Source of the DNA: Octopus vulgaris
Lineage: Eukaryota
DNA: 64,000 nt
NCBI GenBank assembly: GCA_951406725.2
Contig: OX597814.1
Coordinates: forward strand, 164,300,001-164,364,000
Direction: 5' to 3'
The notes under the pieces are model-generated. The model searched no databases. It was not told the origin of the DNA and worked only from the letters and a program-made list of their open reading frames with translations. The position numbers and the translations under genes were made by a program. Shown in pieces: positions 1-13,777 of the stretch (the first letter of the stretch is position 1; every line of letters begins with the position of its first letter).

Positions 1-130
1 ACCATTTCCAAGAAGTTGGGTGAATGTGTGTAGGCTCTCGTGTTAGCTCATCTTAAACAGTTTTTACGGCCTCTAAATTTAAATGCATTTACTTAATCTA
101 CTTCATTTATTTTTATCGTTCTCTTTCCAG

Positions 131-408
131 ATGTATGGTAATATGACGGGTAATGGTTCAGTTGGTTCCTTGCAGGCATCTCTCACTTTGGCTGAACTAA
201 ATGACTTGGAAGCACAAAAATATCTGTTGGTTATAATATTTGTAGCACTGTTAATGTTAGTGGGCACACCTGGAAACATCCTGGTTCTTTATATATATCG
301 AGGTCGTTTCAAACGTGTCTCTACATCGAACTATTTTATTGAAGCGCTAGCTATCTTTGATCTAATTGCTTGCATGATTGGAATGCCAACAGAAGTGTAT
401 GATTTGAG
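131..408 (+). CDS. Class A (rhodopsin-like) GPCR, coding exon 1 (N-terminus, TM1-TM2)
   Basis: Acceptor ctctttccag directly before ATG at 131; N-glycosylation sequons NMT/NGS; TM1 GTPGN and TM2 LAIFD motifs; donor GAG|GTAAGT at 408/409; 278 nt, phase 2. Confidence 0.93.
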
Positions 409-974
409 GTAAGTGTATAAGTCTTATATAAACTACACAAACGCATAACATATATTCGCATTCAGAGAATTATTAAGAATTGTGAAAAACTATCTTAATG
501 CTAGATCAGAAATCTTTACTAATGTCACCACTTCGACAAGTACCTTATATAGAAAAAAAAAAAACCCTATTAATCAGGAACAATCACATTTTATGCAATT
601 CTCTTTTCAGTTATATATCACTCCTTCGACTAGAATTTAAAGCCCTAAAGTAACACAGTTTTTGATACCTTATACTTCAATTTGATAATTTCCCACACTC
701 ATTTCTTATAACAGTCTTTACTTTCACTCCTTCATTGGTCATATTTTTAAAAAAAATCCTTCGTTAAACAGCTACAAAAGGGAAATGACCCACCCGACAT
801 TATATACACAAGTAATGGACCGTTACAACTTTTTAACCACACGATGTAACACCCAAAACAGCTTTATTATATGTGTCACAGAAATTTTATACGAGTTAGT
901 TTGTCGCCTGCTGATAAATTGATGTAAACTGATATGAATCGTTCAGCTACAACGTATTATCATCACTAACGAAT

Positions 975-1037
<63 letters not shown>

Positions 1038-1042
<5 letters not shown>

Positions 1043-1146
1043 ATCCAAACAAGAAAACACAGAAAAAAAGAGAAAAAAAGTGAAAAAAACACAGCAACGC
1101 AGGACGTGGAACAATTAAAGTATTATTGACGCTCAGGAAAGAAGGG

Positions 1147-1213
<67 letters not shown>

Positions 1214-1316
1214 CATACATACATATATTTTTCTCTCCTTTCCTGAGCGTCCAATAACACTGTTCTTATTCCACGTCCTTGCGTTGTTGTTTTTTCTTGC
1301 TTGTTCATGTTTGGAT

Positions 1317-1322
<6 letters not shown>
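1038..1322. mobile_element. Two truncated, inverted copies of a (TA)n-targeted short element (family P1, Penelope-terminus-like)
   Basis: 1038-1150 (-) and 1228-1322 (+) share ttcctgagcgtc(c)aataa...ttccacgtcct...tttggattaac|tata with copies at 26900-27086 and 34958-35170. Confidence 0.7.
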
Positions 1323-1363
<41 letters not shown>

Positions 1364-1366
<3 letters not shown>

Positions 1367-1775
1367 TGGCTGTGTGGTAAGTATCTTGCTTACCAATCAC
1401 ATTGTTCCAGCTTCAGTCCCACTGCGTGACACGTTGGGCAAGTGTCTTCTACTATAGCCTCAGGCCGACCAAAGCCCTGTGAGTGGATTTGGTAGACGGA
1501 AACTGAAAAGATGCCCGTCGTATATATGTATATATGTATATATGTATATACATGTGTGTGTGTTTGTGTGTCAGTGTTTGTCCCCCAACATCGCTCGACA
1601 ACCGATGCTGGTGTGTTTATGTCCCCCGTAACTTAGCAGTTCGGCAAAAGAGACCGATAGAATAAGTACTAGGCTTACAAAGAATAAGTCCTGGGGTCGA
1701 TTTGCTCGACTAAAGGTGGTGCTCCAGCATGGCCGCAGTCAAATGACTGAAGCAAGTAAAAAAGTAAAAGAGAGA
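1364..1775 (+). mobile_element. tRNA-derived SINE, family A
   Basis: A-box-like tggctgtgtggt, B-box-like ttcagtccc, internal (TA)/(TG) tract, tail aagtaaaagag; many copies in the window. Confidence 0.88.
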
Positions 1776-1964
1776 GTATATCATGTGTAATGTGTATGTA
1801 AGTTTGAACATGAATATAACAAAAAAATAATGTTATGAAACAGAAACGAAGAGTTAAACAATGAGAAAGTAAAATAATGAGACGTTTGAAAAAGAGCACT
1901 GAGAGATGATATTTACAAGAGTTGACACATCACATATATCATAAAGCACAATGAAATCATCACA

Positions 1965-2063
1965 GCACGGCACCTTGGGTACGTGTCTTCTGTTTATAGC
2001 TGGGGACCGATCAATGCCTTGCGAGAGATTTTTGGTAGACAGAAGCCGTCTGGAAGCCTGTCG

Positions 2064-2095
<32 letters not shown>

Positions 2096-2174
2096 TGTAT
2101 GTATGTATGTATGTATGTATGCATGTATGTATGTATGTATGTGTGTGTGTGTGTATGTATGCATGTGTGTGTGT

Positions 2175-2210
<36 letters not shown>

Positions 2211-2600
2211 GTGTGTGTATGTGTGTTTATGGATGGATGAATGTGTGTGTGTGTGTGTATGTATGAATGAATGTATGTATGAATGTGTGCGTATGTATGA
2301 ATGTGTGCGTATGTATGTATGTATGTATGTATGTATGTGTGTGTGTGTGTGTATGTGCGTGTGTGTGTGTGTGTGTATGTGTGGGTGTATTTACACCTTA
2401 CACCGCTTGACAACCGGCTTTGTTTTTTTTCACGTCCCCATAACTTAACAGTCGGTCTAAGGGACCGATAGAATGATAGAATAAGTACTAAACTAAAAAA
2501 AGAAAAAACAAACACTGGGGTTAAATTTTTCGACTAACCCTTTCAAGGCGATGAGCCAGCATTGCTGCAGTCCAATGCCTGAAACAAGTAAAAGATTGAA
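1965..2600 (+). mobile_element. Degenerate SINE family A with expanded internal microsatellite
   Basis: ggcaccttgg...tgtcttct, cttgacaaccgg, gaataagtact and gaaacaagtaaaaga blocks match family A. Confidence 0.7.
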
Positions 2601-2629
2601 AGATAGAATTCACAAACACACACACACGC

Positions 2630-2712
<83 letters not shown>

Positions 2713-2782
2713 TACACACATACCTATGTGTGTGTGTATATATGTATATGTGTGTATATATGTGTGTGTGTAAGAGAAAGAA

Positions 2783-2844
<62 letters not shown>

Positions 2845-4266
2845 GAAATACGAGGGAGAGAGAAAGGCGGAAATGGTTGTATGGCAGTGAGAAAATATAG
2901 CAATAAATAGAATAAGAAAATGAATATGAAGAAAGAGTAATGATATGTTATAGAACTCGGAGAGAGAAGCAAATGAGGTAAACGTCGCAAGAGTACGCAG
3001 AGAAGTGTTATTAACTAGATTCAACATGTCGCATTATTATGAAGCACAATATGTTCTTGACAAGTGTTGATTTCATTCTGACAAACGCTTTTTAGTAAAC
3101 ATATTTCAGACATTTAGATTACATATCAGGATATCTAATAGTGATATTCATTCACTCAATATTTGGTAAATGTTTATATCGTGTTTTATATTCCAAGATT
3201 ATATTATATTTCTGTGTTCCCATGTACAGGGAAATTATTATATAATTCGTGTAGATTCTAAAACACAATATCCCATATGGTTATTATATTATGATGCTGT
3301 GGGTGAATTTTTGACGTGATTGCCATTCTCAGTCGTAAAGTTATCACAAATTCTATCAATATCTTAAAAAATGAGCATCAACATCACAACTCATCAAACA
3401 TAGTGCTTTCCTCTGAAACCACTACATTTGATCACGACCGCTCAAATAAGTGACGATTCTACTTGTCCGAATGAGAAAAATGAATATTCTTTGATATGGT
3501 TCAGCGCGGCCTTTTCCCGTGTAGTAGTAACTTTATTCTTGATCGATTTATTATTAATGCTATATTATTTAAATATTTTACATTTAGAGACGTAATTGTA
3601 TGTAAATCAATCAAACTTTTGATATTTTACTCTCTTTAGTTTTAATATTAGTCTTAGCCTCACATTCAGTATTGCTATACATGTTTTTTGTGAGTTGTAG
3701 CGTTAGACATAGTTTCTAAGTCGATAGAAATAAAAAAAAAAATCTGTAAGGTGTGTGTGTGTGTGTGTGTGGGGGTTCTTTATGCTGTCTCTTGGCCCGC
3801 TCAAAATAGAAGCCAAATATTCTTCATATCACAGACTTTAGTGTTAGAAAAAAGGACACATTGGTTAATGTAGTCCCGGATGCGTTGTGGTCAGGAAAAA
3901 GGAGACGGCTCGTCTGCTATGCCTTTGATCATAAGTATATTTGATTAGGGCTTTTAGCTAAACAGCTATTCCGCCGCCGCCGCCACTACCACTACTCTCA
4001 CCACCACCACCACCACCATCACCGCTGCCGTTGCCTCTGCCATCACAAACGCCGCTGCCACCACCGCCACTACCACCAACACTTTATTCTTTATTCTTGC
4101 TATTTAAACAAGTAATGTGAGATATGGATGATGTCAATATATTCTTTGTAGTTCAATGCCATTCATCATTGCCAAGTAAATATTACAGAAACATTAATTT
4201 GTCAAGTCCTAAATTTTGTTTATCATTTCTCATCACGTTACTTACTTGTTCTCACTTCCTTTGCAG

Positions 4267-5209
4267 ATACCCATATATGTTTTCCAGCGACATTGGATGC
4301 AAAATCCTCCGCTTTTCCGGGACCTTCACCGTGATTGGATCTTCAATGATTTTGTTGGAAGTGGCTGTTGATCGCTATTGGAAAGTATGCAAACCACACG
4401 ACAAAATGTCTGTTTTGAGTATAAAGATAATGTGTGGAATCGCAGCCATAGTCGGCTTACTCATTGCTGTGCCTTCCATTTTCTACAGCGGTGTAAAACC
4501 CCGTGAGTTCGCCCCGAATTTAATCTCTCAGGACTGTACAGTTACAAACCCCAAGCTTGCTCTGATCTTCTTTTACCTTCTCTGTGTCATTTTCTTCCTC
4601 ATTTGTATCATTCTCGCAGTTCTTTATACGCTCCTCTACCTAGAGGTCCGACAACGAAGACGAAAGATGACCTCTCGTCAGGCTAGTACTGAGACAGAAC
4701 AGATTAGTATCAACGAAAAGGAAAAACAACCAGAATTCCCGAAAACATCCTCTCTGAGAAAATCCATGAAAGAATCGAATCCGAAAAGTCCCATGAGTCC
4801 CAAAAGTCCCATGAGTCCCAAAAGTCCCATGAGTCTAACCAGAGCTAGATTTGCCAGCAGCTTGCGTAAAAAAGTTAGCCGAACAACTCTAATACTGTTC
4901 ATTGTGACATTATTTTTCGTCATTAGTTACCTTCCGTCGTTATTGGTAATGATCATCAAGTACTCAACGTATAGGAGCCGTCGAGGTCGTAAGGAGAGTG
5001 TTACTGTCAAGGTGATTGAAAAACTCTTTTCAAAGTTCTTCCTCATCAACAATGCATGCAACCCGATCATTTACAGTTTCTTGAACCCATATTTCAGAAA
5101 GGAATGCGTGCGCGTGTTTCATAAATTCAGTTGTGGCTTTTCTGCACGCTGTTGCCGCTGTTGTCGTGTTGAACCTGGACATCCTGATACTCTATCTGCA
5201 AGTACCTAA
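4267..5209 (+). CDS. Class A GPCR, coding exon 2 (TM3-TM7, C-tail); orphan peptide-receptor-like
   Basis: Acceptor cttcctttgcag|A completes the phase-2 codon AGA (DLR-YPYM); TM3 Cys, AVDRY, TM6 FVISYLP, TM7 NNACNPIIY, helix 8 FRKE, Cys-rich tail; spliced CDS 1221 nt = 406 aa + stop. Confidence 0.95.
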
Positions 5210-5214
5210 CTTTG

Positions 5215-5281
<67 letters not shown>

Positions 5282-5525
5282 TGCGTGTGTGTGTCTGTGT
5301 CTGTTATCAATAACAACATAGATTTACTGACGAGAGGACTCAATATTGGTCATAGGGTCAAATTGTATGTATAGGGCCTAAGTTTCAGTTCATGCGATTT
5401 ATTCAACCAGAACACACACACGCACATATGTATATATATATGTATGTGAGTGTGTATGAATAATATATATGTGCGTGTGTGTGTATGTGTATATATGTGT
5501 ATCTCTATCTATCTGACTCTCTCTC

Positions 5526-5657
<132 letters not shown>

Positions 5658-6249
5658 ACATACGTACATATATACACGTACATGCATACATCTACATATC
5701 CCTCCTTATCAATGTACATAGCCCTTTTATTTTTTAAAAATATTATTTCCGCCTTTCATTAACACTCTTATGGTCATTACAAGTCGAACTTTAAACTTGG
5801 TAGTTAGAACAGTCAAGTACTGCTAACTATAGACGGTCTTGCTCAGTGTGTCTCAGGGCCATCTTCATTTTCTTCATTTTTGAAATCCTACTCAGCAAAA
5901 TGTCCAAGTACTTCATGAAGTTTTCACAATGATTTTACGAGAACTATGTATGTTTCAAGAAGTAACTTTTAATTTTTTTTTGATAACTAAGAGAAGGAAA
6001 GGTGTATTCATATCACTTTTACGGGCTTCCGAGACAGACGTGCTGGAAAAGTTATTCTTACACTGGAGATATGACTTGAATACTTGCAACATAACGGCCT
6101 TCGCTAAAACGTACGCAAGGGCCACGTAGTGGTGTTAAATCGGACGAATGAGTAAGTCTATTGCTTAAGAATCTGATGTTCACTGAATCTTATACTGAAT
6201 CTTTTGTTTAATATTTTGTTTAATTCCTCGACTGAGTCATCTATGATTT

Positions 6250-6785
6250 ACAGTAGTGATACCCAAACCTTTTTGCACCACCGACCGAGGGAACACACGC
6301 ATAACAGAACATAACAAAGTGCACCATATATAATTTAATTATATATATATATATAACACATATATTACATATGTAATGCGACAACATTTTCTAAGCAAAC
6401 TTTGGAAGTTTTGAATGTGTTTGGTATTTTACAGACAAGAAAGAAAATTTCGAGCACAGTATAATGTGAAAACAACAGAAAGATTAGGTATTTTTTCGTT
6501 TTAAAACGGTAAAATAACTAATCTTTCTGCTGTTTTGGCAGCTATACTATGTTCGAAATTTACTTTTTTGCCTGTAAAATGCATATGTAATATTTGTATA
6601 ATACAAAAACACCCTGCAAACTGCGATAATCAGTAGTAGTAGGCATCCATTGGTCTCGAGAGGCCATGGATCAGAGGTGATAGTCAGCAAAATAGAAATA
6701 AAACTAAAAATTTATTCTTTGTGTGGTCCAGTGCCAAATGATCTACAGCCTGGCATTGATTTGCGACCCGGCCTTGAATTACATA
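6250..6785. mobile_element. Possible old hAT-type non-autonomous element
   Basis: Left end tagtgatacccaaacctttttgcaccaccgaccg resembles hAT/Charlie-type termini; right end decayed, no TSD seen. Confidence 0.3.
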
Positions 6786-7157
6786 ATATAAACCATATTT
6801 TTGCGTCTATGTGTGAACTATGTTCGTATATTTTCTTATCTTCAGTACACACATATAGTACACACACATACGCACACACATATAGTTGCACGCGCACAAT
6901 CACACTCACATACACACAACTACAATCGCATAAATCACATGCAAATGTATACTTGCATAAACACGCTTGCACGCGCACAGTGCTACACACACATAATATA
7001 ACAGAATTTCGAACGATCTTATATTGCAATGGATTTGCAGCCTAGCTGATAAGAGTGTTAAAGTTCTCAGAAAGTCAGAAATGCCATTCACAACAAGGAA
7101 GCACAAGGAGACGGCAACCATCTGTAAAGATGGAACAGTTACTATGTACCTTCGTAC

Positions 7158-7188
<31 letters not shown>

Positions 7189-7252
7189 TGTATGTATGTA
7201 TGTATGTATGTATGTATGTATGTATGTATGTATGTATGTATGTATGTATGTA

Positions 7253-7722
7253 TGCCACTTTTGAGAAATCTCGAGATGCACATGAGAAAGTAAGGAGGGA
7301 TGTCAGGAAGGGCATCGCTGTTACACTTCCAGATGGGAAGGGTCTGCCTATGATGCTGACATGCAGTGTCTGTGCAAGACCCTGCCTCAGTAAAACTCGA
7401 CTCAAGAGTCATTTTCGTAGTCATAAAGCGAGACAGATGAGTGACAACATGGCCACTGGTAGTGGTGTAACACACCATACTAATCATATCTGTCGGGCAT
7501 GTGGAAGAGAGTGTAATTCGGCAGGAGGACTTAAACGACATGCAAAGGTACATGAAGTTCAGTTACAACTACAGCCGGCTATTACCGGTAAAGGTTTTAG
7601 TTGCCAATTCTGTACAAGACATTGTAGATCTTTAGCTGGGCTAAAAAGTCACATTCGATCACAGCACCAGTAACAGTTAAGCTTCGTGCAATGGCCATAC
7701 TCGATAACGGGGGGCAGCCATA
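7253..7722 (+). mobile_element. 5'-truncated RTE-clade LINE 3' end with three C2H2-like fingers, inserted in (TATG)n
   Basis: CSVC...LKSHFRSH, CRAC...GLKRHAKVH, CQFC...GLKSHIRSQH; short 3'UTR gcttcgtgcaatggccatactcgataacg also at 21617-21661 (-); flanked by (TATG)n on both sides. Confidence 0.75.
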
Positions 7723-8984
7723 ATGTATGTATGTATGTATGTATGTATGTATGTATGTATGTATGTATGTATGTATGTATGTATGTATGCATGCATGCAT
7801 GTATGTAGAACTAAGGATTCTGAAACCGAAGTAATTTATTCATATACAATTAGACAGAGCAAAATGAACAAGATAAGATAAAATAAAATGAATTAAACTG
7901 TTTAATTAGTACAGAAAATAAATCATTCCGGTAATACTTCATCATTAGAATATAAATACTCTGAAAATGTTCATATCCTTTTTTGAGTCATGGTTAGTTG
8001 CCGCTAGATTAAAGCCTTTGGCAAGTTGCAGTGTTATATTGCACAGAATCTTCAAAACGTATCTACACTTCCCAATTAGATGAATGAAGCTTAAGAAAAA
8101 CAAAAAGATCATCATATGCAACCAAAATATGACGCAAGTTAAATATCAGTATACTTTTTAAGCTTCACACAGGCACATACACACATGCATATAAACTCGA
8201 AAATGATCATACTTATAATATTATTTACGCATTTAAGATTGATAATAAAATCTGCGAACTTCAGCTATGAATAATCTTTCATTCTTAAACATAACTCCCG
8301 CCTACCAAACGACTATATACAAAACAGATATATAAAAAAAAATCATATATACACACAGCACACATATTTATGCATACACAAAGAGGCATAAACATACTTA
8401 TAGGCACATATATACACATAAACACATTTGCAATGACAAACAGTACTCGGTTTCCATCAGTTTCTGCGAACCGGTAGTTAATATATATATTTTTAGTGAT
8501 AACCAGTTAACGTTATGCTGGATCCTAAAAGATAATTAATCTTCTTGGAAATGTTATAACGTTAATCAGGTCACAAGAGTTAAATGAAGTCTGCTTGGGA
8601 AATTCAGTTGGTTCTGTAATGTTTAAAAGTGAAAGTCAATTACTGTATATGCAGTAATAAAGAACAAAATGCTTGCTCTTAACCCGTCAAGTAAGTAAAC
8701 ATAGATACATGGTGGCTGTCAACTCGTTCATGTGTTTAACCATCAGCGACAGACAATGGCTGTCAGTAATTCCAATGCTGAAATTTAAAGTTAATATCAG
8801 CTTGTACAACACCGCTAAGACTTTCATCTACAAAGCCAAGTCGTTCAGAAACAAGCAAGAGCAAGATCTCTGGTTTCATAATAAGGCTGGTGTTATTTCG
8901 GTATATCCTTCTGCAAGAGAGATGTCTAGACAAATACTAAGGAGCTCTCATCCCGGCTGTTAAATGAGCGTTAACTCTACTGAG

Positions 8985-9137
8985 TTCATCCACCCTTTGA
9001 TAGGTTTTGTTTTTCGTCCTTCTGGGTGTCCAGAGAAAACTACCTTCCTAAGCAAGTAGGTTGTTAGCGTTGCTGGGTTAGTCGCCAACGGCCCGACCGA
9101 GCATCAGGGTGTGCTGGGTTAGCACGGTGACCTGATA
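8985..9137 (-). mobile_element. 5' leader fragment of a LINE-related element
   Basis: Homologous to 22010-22172 (shared ggtcgggYcgtYggcgactaa, ggacaccc, gaaaaacaaaac); abuts a (CATA)n tract. Confidence 0.55.
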
Positions 9138-9531
9138 TAAAATACATACATACATAATATGCATGTATACATACATACATACATGAATACACGCACAAGC
9201 ATAACCGCCTAGTTGTGCCGGTTGAAACAACCTTACTCAGAGTTTCATGCAACGATGTACATCCGTATAACCGGCGGATAGTATAATATTTGTTTAATCA
9301 AAAGTAGAAAGAGTTGATAGAACTAATACTATACTATCCGTGATATGAAATTCTGAGTTACAAAGTTTTAATCTATATTATCATATACTATCAATATATA
9401 TAGTCTACAGATTATGAGTGTTGATGTTGAATACTCTTTTTGATTCGTGTAAATTCATTAAGCAAACATATGCGCTCTCTCTCTCTCTCACAAAGATATT
9501 TGTATTTTTGCATATACATGTCTGAATTATA

Positions 9532-9578
<47 letters not shown>

Positions 9579-9582
<4 letters not shown>

Positions 9583-9793
9583 GGGGTGCTGAAAAGTTCC
9601 TGGTTTTGAGTAAAAGAAAATACAGGAGGATCAGTCAATTATGTTTTTATTCAACATATTCCCGTCTTAGATTTACGCACTTATTGCAACGGTCCTTCAA
9701 TTGTTTTCTAAGCCCTGTAAAAGAACTCGGAAAGTTGGACCTCCGACCAGGTATTTCGCGATATCCTTTAAAGACAGGAACTTTTCCGCACCT

Positions 9794-9798
<5 letters not shown>
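9579..9798. mobile_element. mariner-derived MITE
   Basis: TIRs cgagggggtgctgaaaagttcctg / caggaacttttccgcacctcctcg; preceded by TA; sits in (TG)n. Confidence 0.85.
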
Positions 9799-9841
<43 letters not shown>

Positions 9842-9845
9842 ATGC

Positions 9846-9928
<83 letters not shown>

Positions 9929-10463
9929 AGTGTGTGTGAGTGTGTTTGCGTCTATCTATATCATATGTAAAATACTTATATGCATTTATGTGTACAGCTG
10001 TTATGTATTATAAATATATCGAACCACAACCACGGATGAACGTCTTTATATATACACTCATCACAACCGTATGTAAATAAACTCTATTAAGCACTGTAAT
10101 AAACTACACATTATATTAAACCCTTTTCAGTTGTTTTGAATAATTTATTTTTGCTGTTGTTTAATTCACTTTGGTTCCGATCATATAGATCTGTGATCAT
10201 AGGCGTTTAACCTATGGCACTAGAGATATATTAATTAGCCAATGTATACTTCATTTATTTAAAAAAAAAAGAGTTGGTCGCGATTTGAGGAGAGTTCGTG
10301 GCTATTTCTTTCATGTGAAACACCCACATAAGGGATCTCTCATGAACTTGAATCAAATGAAGGTGGGTATGATGTTTTATGGTGAGTCGATGTCTGTTGT
10401 TTGTCGTATTAGTATCGATGGTGATTGGTGGAGCTGTTTATTGTCAGTATTATTTAAATCCAA

Positions 10464-11110
10464 AGCGGCGAACTGGCAAAATTGTTAGCACGCCGGACAA
10501 AATGCTTTGCGGCATTTCGTCCGTCTTTACGTTCTGAGTAAAAATTTCTGCCGAGGCCGACCTTACCTATCATCTTTCGGAGTCGATAAAATAAGTACCA
10601 ATTGAGCACTGAAATCGATATAATCGACTTACCCCCTTCCCCGAAATTGCTGGCCTTGTGCCAAAGATTGAAACCATTATTTAAACCCATCTAAGGCGGA
10701 TGTATCGTCAAAACGTCGATCAAAATCTTTAACGACATTTCTTCCGGCATTTTGCGTACTGAGTTCCAATTCCGCCGTGGTCAACTTTTCCTTTCATCCT
10801 TTCGAGTCGATGAAATGAAATTCAAGTTAAGTACTAGGATCCAACTAGCTGTCTCCCATCGAAATTGCTGGCTTTAGGTCTAAATTAGAAACCATTATTT
10901 GAATCCATTTAAGGAGTGGCAGGATCGTTAAAGCATTGGAGAAAATATCTTTGCGGTGTTGGTTCCGGTTCTTTACAATCCTAGTTCAAATCACGTTGAG
11001 ATTAATTTTGTCTTTCATTCTTTCGGGGTAGATAAAATAAAGTATCAGTCAAATATTGGGGATCGACTGTATAGATTTAGCTCCTCTTCTCAAAATTCCT
11101 TTATTTAGAT
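10464..11110 (+). mobile_element. Three tandem, progressively decayed copies of SINE family B
   Basis: Repeating gcggcgaactggc...ttccgccgaggtcgac...tcatcctttcggggtcgataaa...aagtacc blocks at about 10464, 10693 and 10910. Confidence 0.75.
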
Positions 11111-12635
11111 CCATTTTAGTCATGTTCTAGCTTACCAAGGATCAAAAGCTTTCGAGCTGTTACCGAGTCATCTTCTTTCCAGGTATATTGTATCCAGAAA
11201 TACATCCAAAGCATCATTTTTTAAGATGGCGTGGTGTTATTTGAAGGCGACAGTCACACGAAAACTCCCTCGTGGACTTTTGTGGACTTTTGTAGTTGCT
11301 TAACCCCAGGAAATTTCTGATATCTCGAGATATTCCAGTCATGACTATCTCGTAGATTTGTATATCAAGGGTTACATTGATAACTATTTTTGTATCTTTC
11401 GATACATTGGATATACAGATTTCATGAACACAATTGTGTCTTCACACGACGTACTTCACATTACTCCACTAAACAAGATACTCCAATAAATACAAACTCT
11501 CAACGGTCTCAAAGATTTTCTACAACTTCCACGAAATTTCAACGACTCCTACGACTTCTCTCTCTCTCAACCCCTATACGCTACTTTTTATAAGAGATCG
11601 GCTAGTCCATTCTTCCAATCCCACAATGACCTCGCCACAACAGCTGTATTATTCTTTAGGCTGTTGGGTATAATTAGTGGGATATTTGAGATTTGACTGC
11701 TATTTCTAGCAAGTGGGAAAACCACTTAGAAAACTCTCGTTGGATTTTGATAATCGTTTGAAGGTGGTTGTATTCGGTTGTTTTGGTGTTTGGCAATGAT
11801 ATTTGAAAATGTTCGATTCTTTTGTTTGGGTTTTGGGGTTTATTAATAATGGCAGTTGAAGTTAAGTTATTACGAGCATGAAAATCATGCGAAGATCAAA
11901 ACGAAGATGTACATATTTATTCTTAACACGTTCCAACAGATGTGAATGTGCATATACTAATCGCTGTTGTATTTCGCCTTCAAAGAAAAACTTCCTTCAA
12001 ACGATTTGTCCTGACAACACGCTCAGTTCACTGACGCTGGTAGACTTTTGAAACAGTGGTGTTTTGGTCTCATTGTGTCTCTTCAATCAAAGCTATCTCT
12101 GAATTCCTACAAGAATGGTAGCTTTTGTTTATAGAAGTCAACAAATAAATTATTTACTGAGGCATGCTGATGTCTGTCAAGTCGATATTGAATTCTAATG
12201 AGAACGTAAAACAACGAGAAAGAAACCAATGATATGCATGAGTAAAAGTAGTTTTCATGGTCGTGGTTTTTGTTTAATCGCCAGGTCAATCAAGCCTTTA
12301 AGAAAGGAAAAAGACATATTAAACAATTAGATTATGTAATCCTGAAAAGACCCTACCAAATCATATGTCGATCCTGACAAAATTTGAAACAAATATTAGC
12401 TACAGTGAAACGCTGTATGAAGAAGTATTAGAATATGACAATATCATAGAATTGTTAAGAGTAATTGATATTTTCATCATAAAAAAATAAATGTAATTTA
12501 ATCTTAATAGTAAAGTCTGATTATACGCGACAGTAAGGACATTCCCATTGACCGAAAGTGAAAAAAGATATGTAAGATTGAAAATTTTGAAATCTAAATT
12601 AAATTGGTTAATTCGCTATCCTGTTGGTATACATA

Positions 12636-13589
12636 CAAGGTGTATTCCAGAAGTTTTGACACTTTTTTAGGAGAGACATTTATTAATTTCTATGAAATAC
12701 AAAACTCTTATCTTCTTCAAAATAGGATCATCTGACTTCAATGCACTTGTTGCAGCGTTCCAGCCACTATGTGAAGGCCTCCATGGAAATTCTCCAACGT
12801 GAAGGTGTCCAGGACCCTTTTCGCAGCTTCCTCCATCTTCTTCGGTTTGGGGGATAGTCAAAAGTCAGAGGTAACAAGGTCTGAACTGTAGGGAGGGTGA
12901 GAGATAGTTTTGATGCCCATCTTTGCTAAATAGTTGATTACCATAATGAAATTGTGGACTGGTACATTGTTCTAGAGTGGATGTTCTGACCTTTTGCGAT
13001 GAAATCTTCCTGAACCCTCTCAAAACCTCCACAAAGTACCCTCACTGACCGTCTGGCTAGAGGGAACCCAGTGGATGTAGGTGATGCCTTTGCAGTCGAA
13101 AAGGGGATCATCATGAGTTTACCGGTGGACTTGCTTTGCCTGGCCTCTTGTGCCAGCGAAAAATAGGTGTTCGGCTAGCGAAAAATAGGTGTTCGGCCAG
13201 CGAAAAATAGGTATTTGGCGAGCAAAAAATAGATGTTTGGCGAGCAAAAAATAGGAGTTCGGCTGATACAAGTTAACCCATAAGCTGTCCGGAGCATTTC
13301 ATAAGTTTCCGTAACGTTTTTGTCCAGTTTAACACAAAACTTTATTGCATGGAGAGCTTCCAAATTGTCTTCACGGCCCGACCGTATTCTGCAAACTAGT
13401 CAGTTGTGACAAGCAATGTTTTGTAGGATGTGTTCAAAGTGCTGTTACACCCGTCTCCTTCAATCTGGAATAAAAAGTTAGTAGGTCAGCTTCTTAGATG
13501 TATAGTAATGATATACTAAAATTACAATAATCTAAGACAGTTATAACTGCCTCTCCGAAAAAGTCTTAAAACTTCTGGAATGCACCTTG
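12636..13589 (-). mobile_element. Internally deleted mariner (Tc1/mariner) transposon
   Basis: TIRs caaggtgtattccagaagtttt... / ...aaaacttctggaatgcaccttg with TA on both sides; - strand remnant AIKFCVKLDKNVTETYEMLRTAYG matches the mariner N-terminal HTH. Confidence 0.9.
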
Positions 13590-13777
13590 TAAATACATAC
13601 ATACATACATACATACATACATACATACATACATACATACATACAAACATACATACATACATACATACATACATACATACATACATACATACGTACGTAC
13701 GTACATACATACATACATACATACATACATACATACATACATACATACATACAGACAGACAGACAGACAGACTGACA

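Noticed and set aside
83-130. N-terminal extension of ORF 83..412 (and likewise 4124-4266 of ORF 4124..5209)
   Set aside because: Intronic polypyrimidine tracts upstream of clear acceptors.
1364-1440. tRNA genes at SINE heads
   Set aside because: A/B-box-like motifs only; no cloverleaf, and followed by SINE body.
13152-13262. CRISPR-like regular repeats
   Set aside because: Head-to-tail units without spacers, eukaryotic context, no cas genes.
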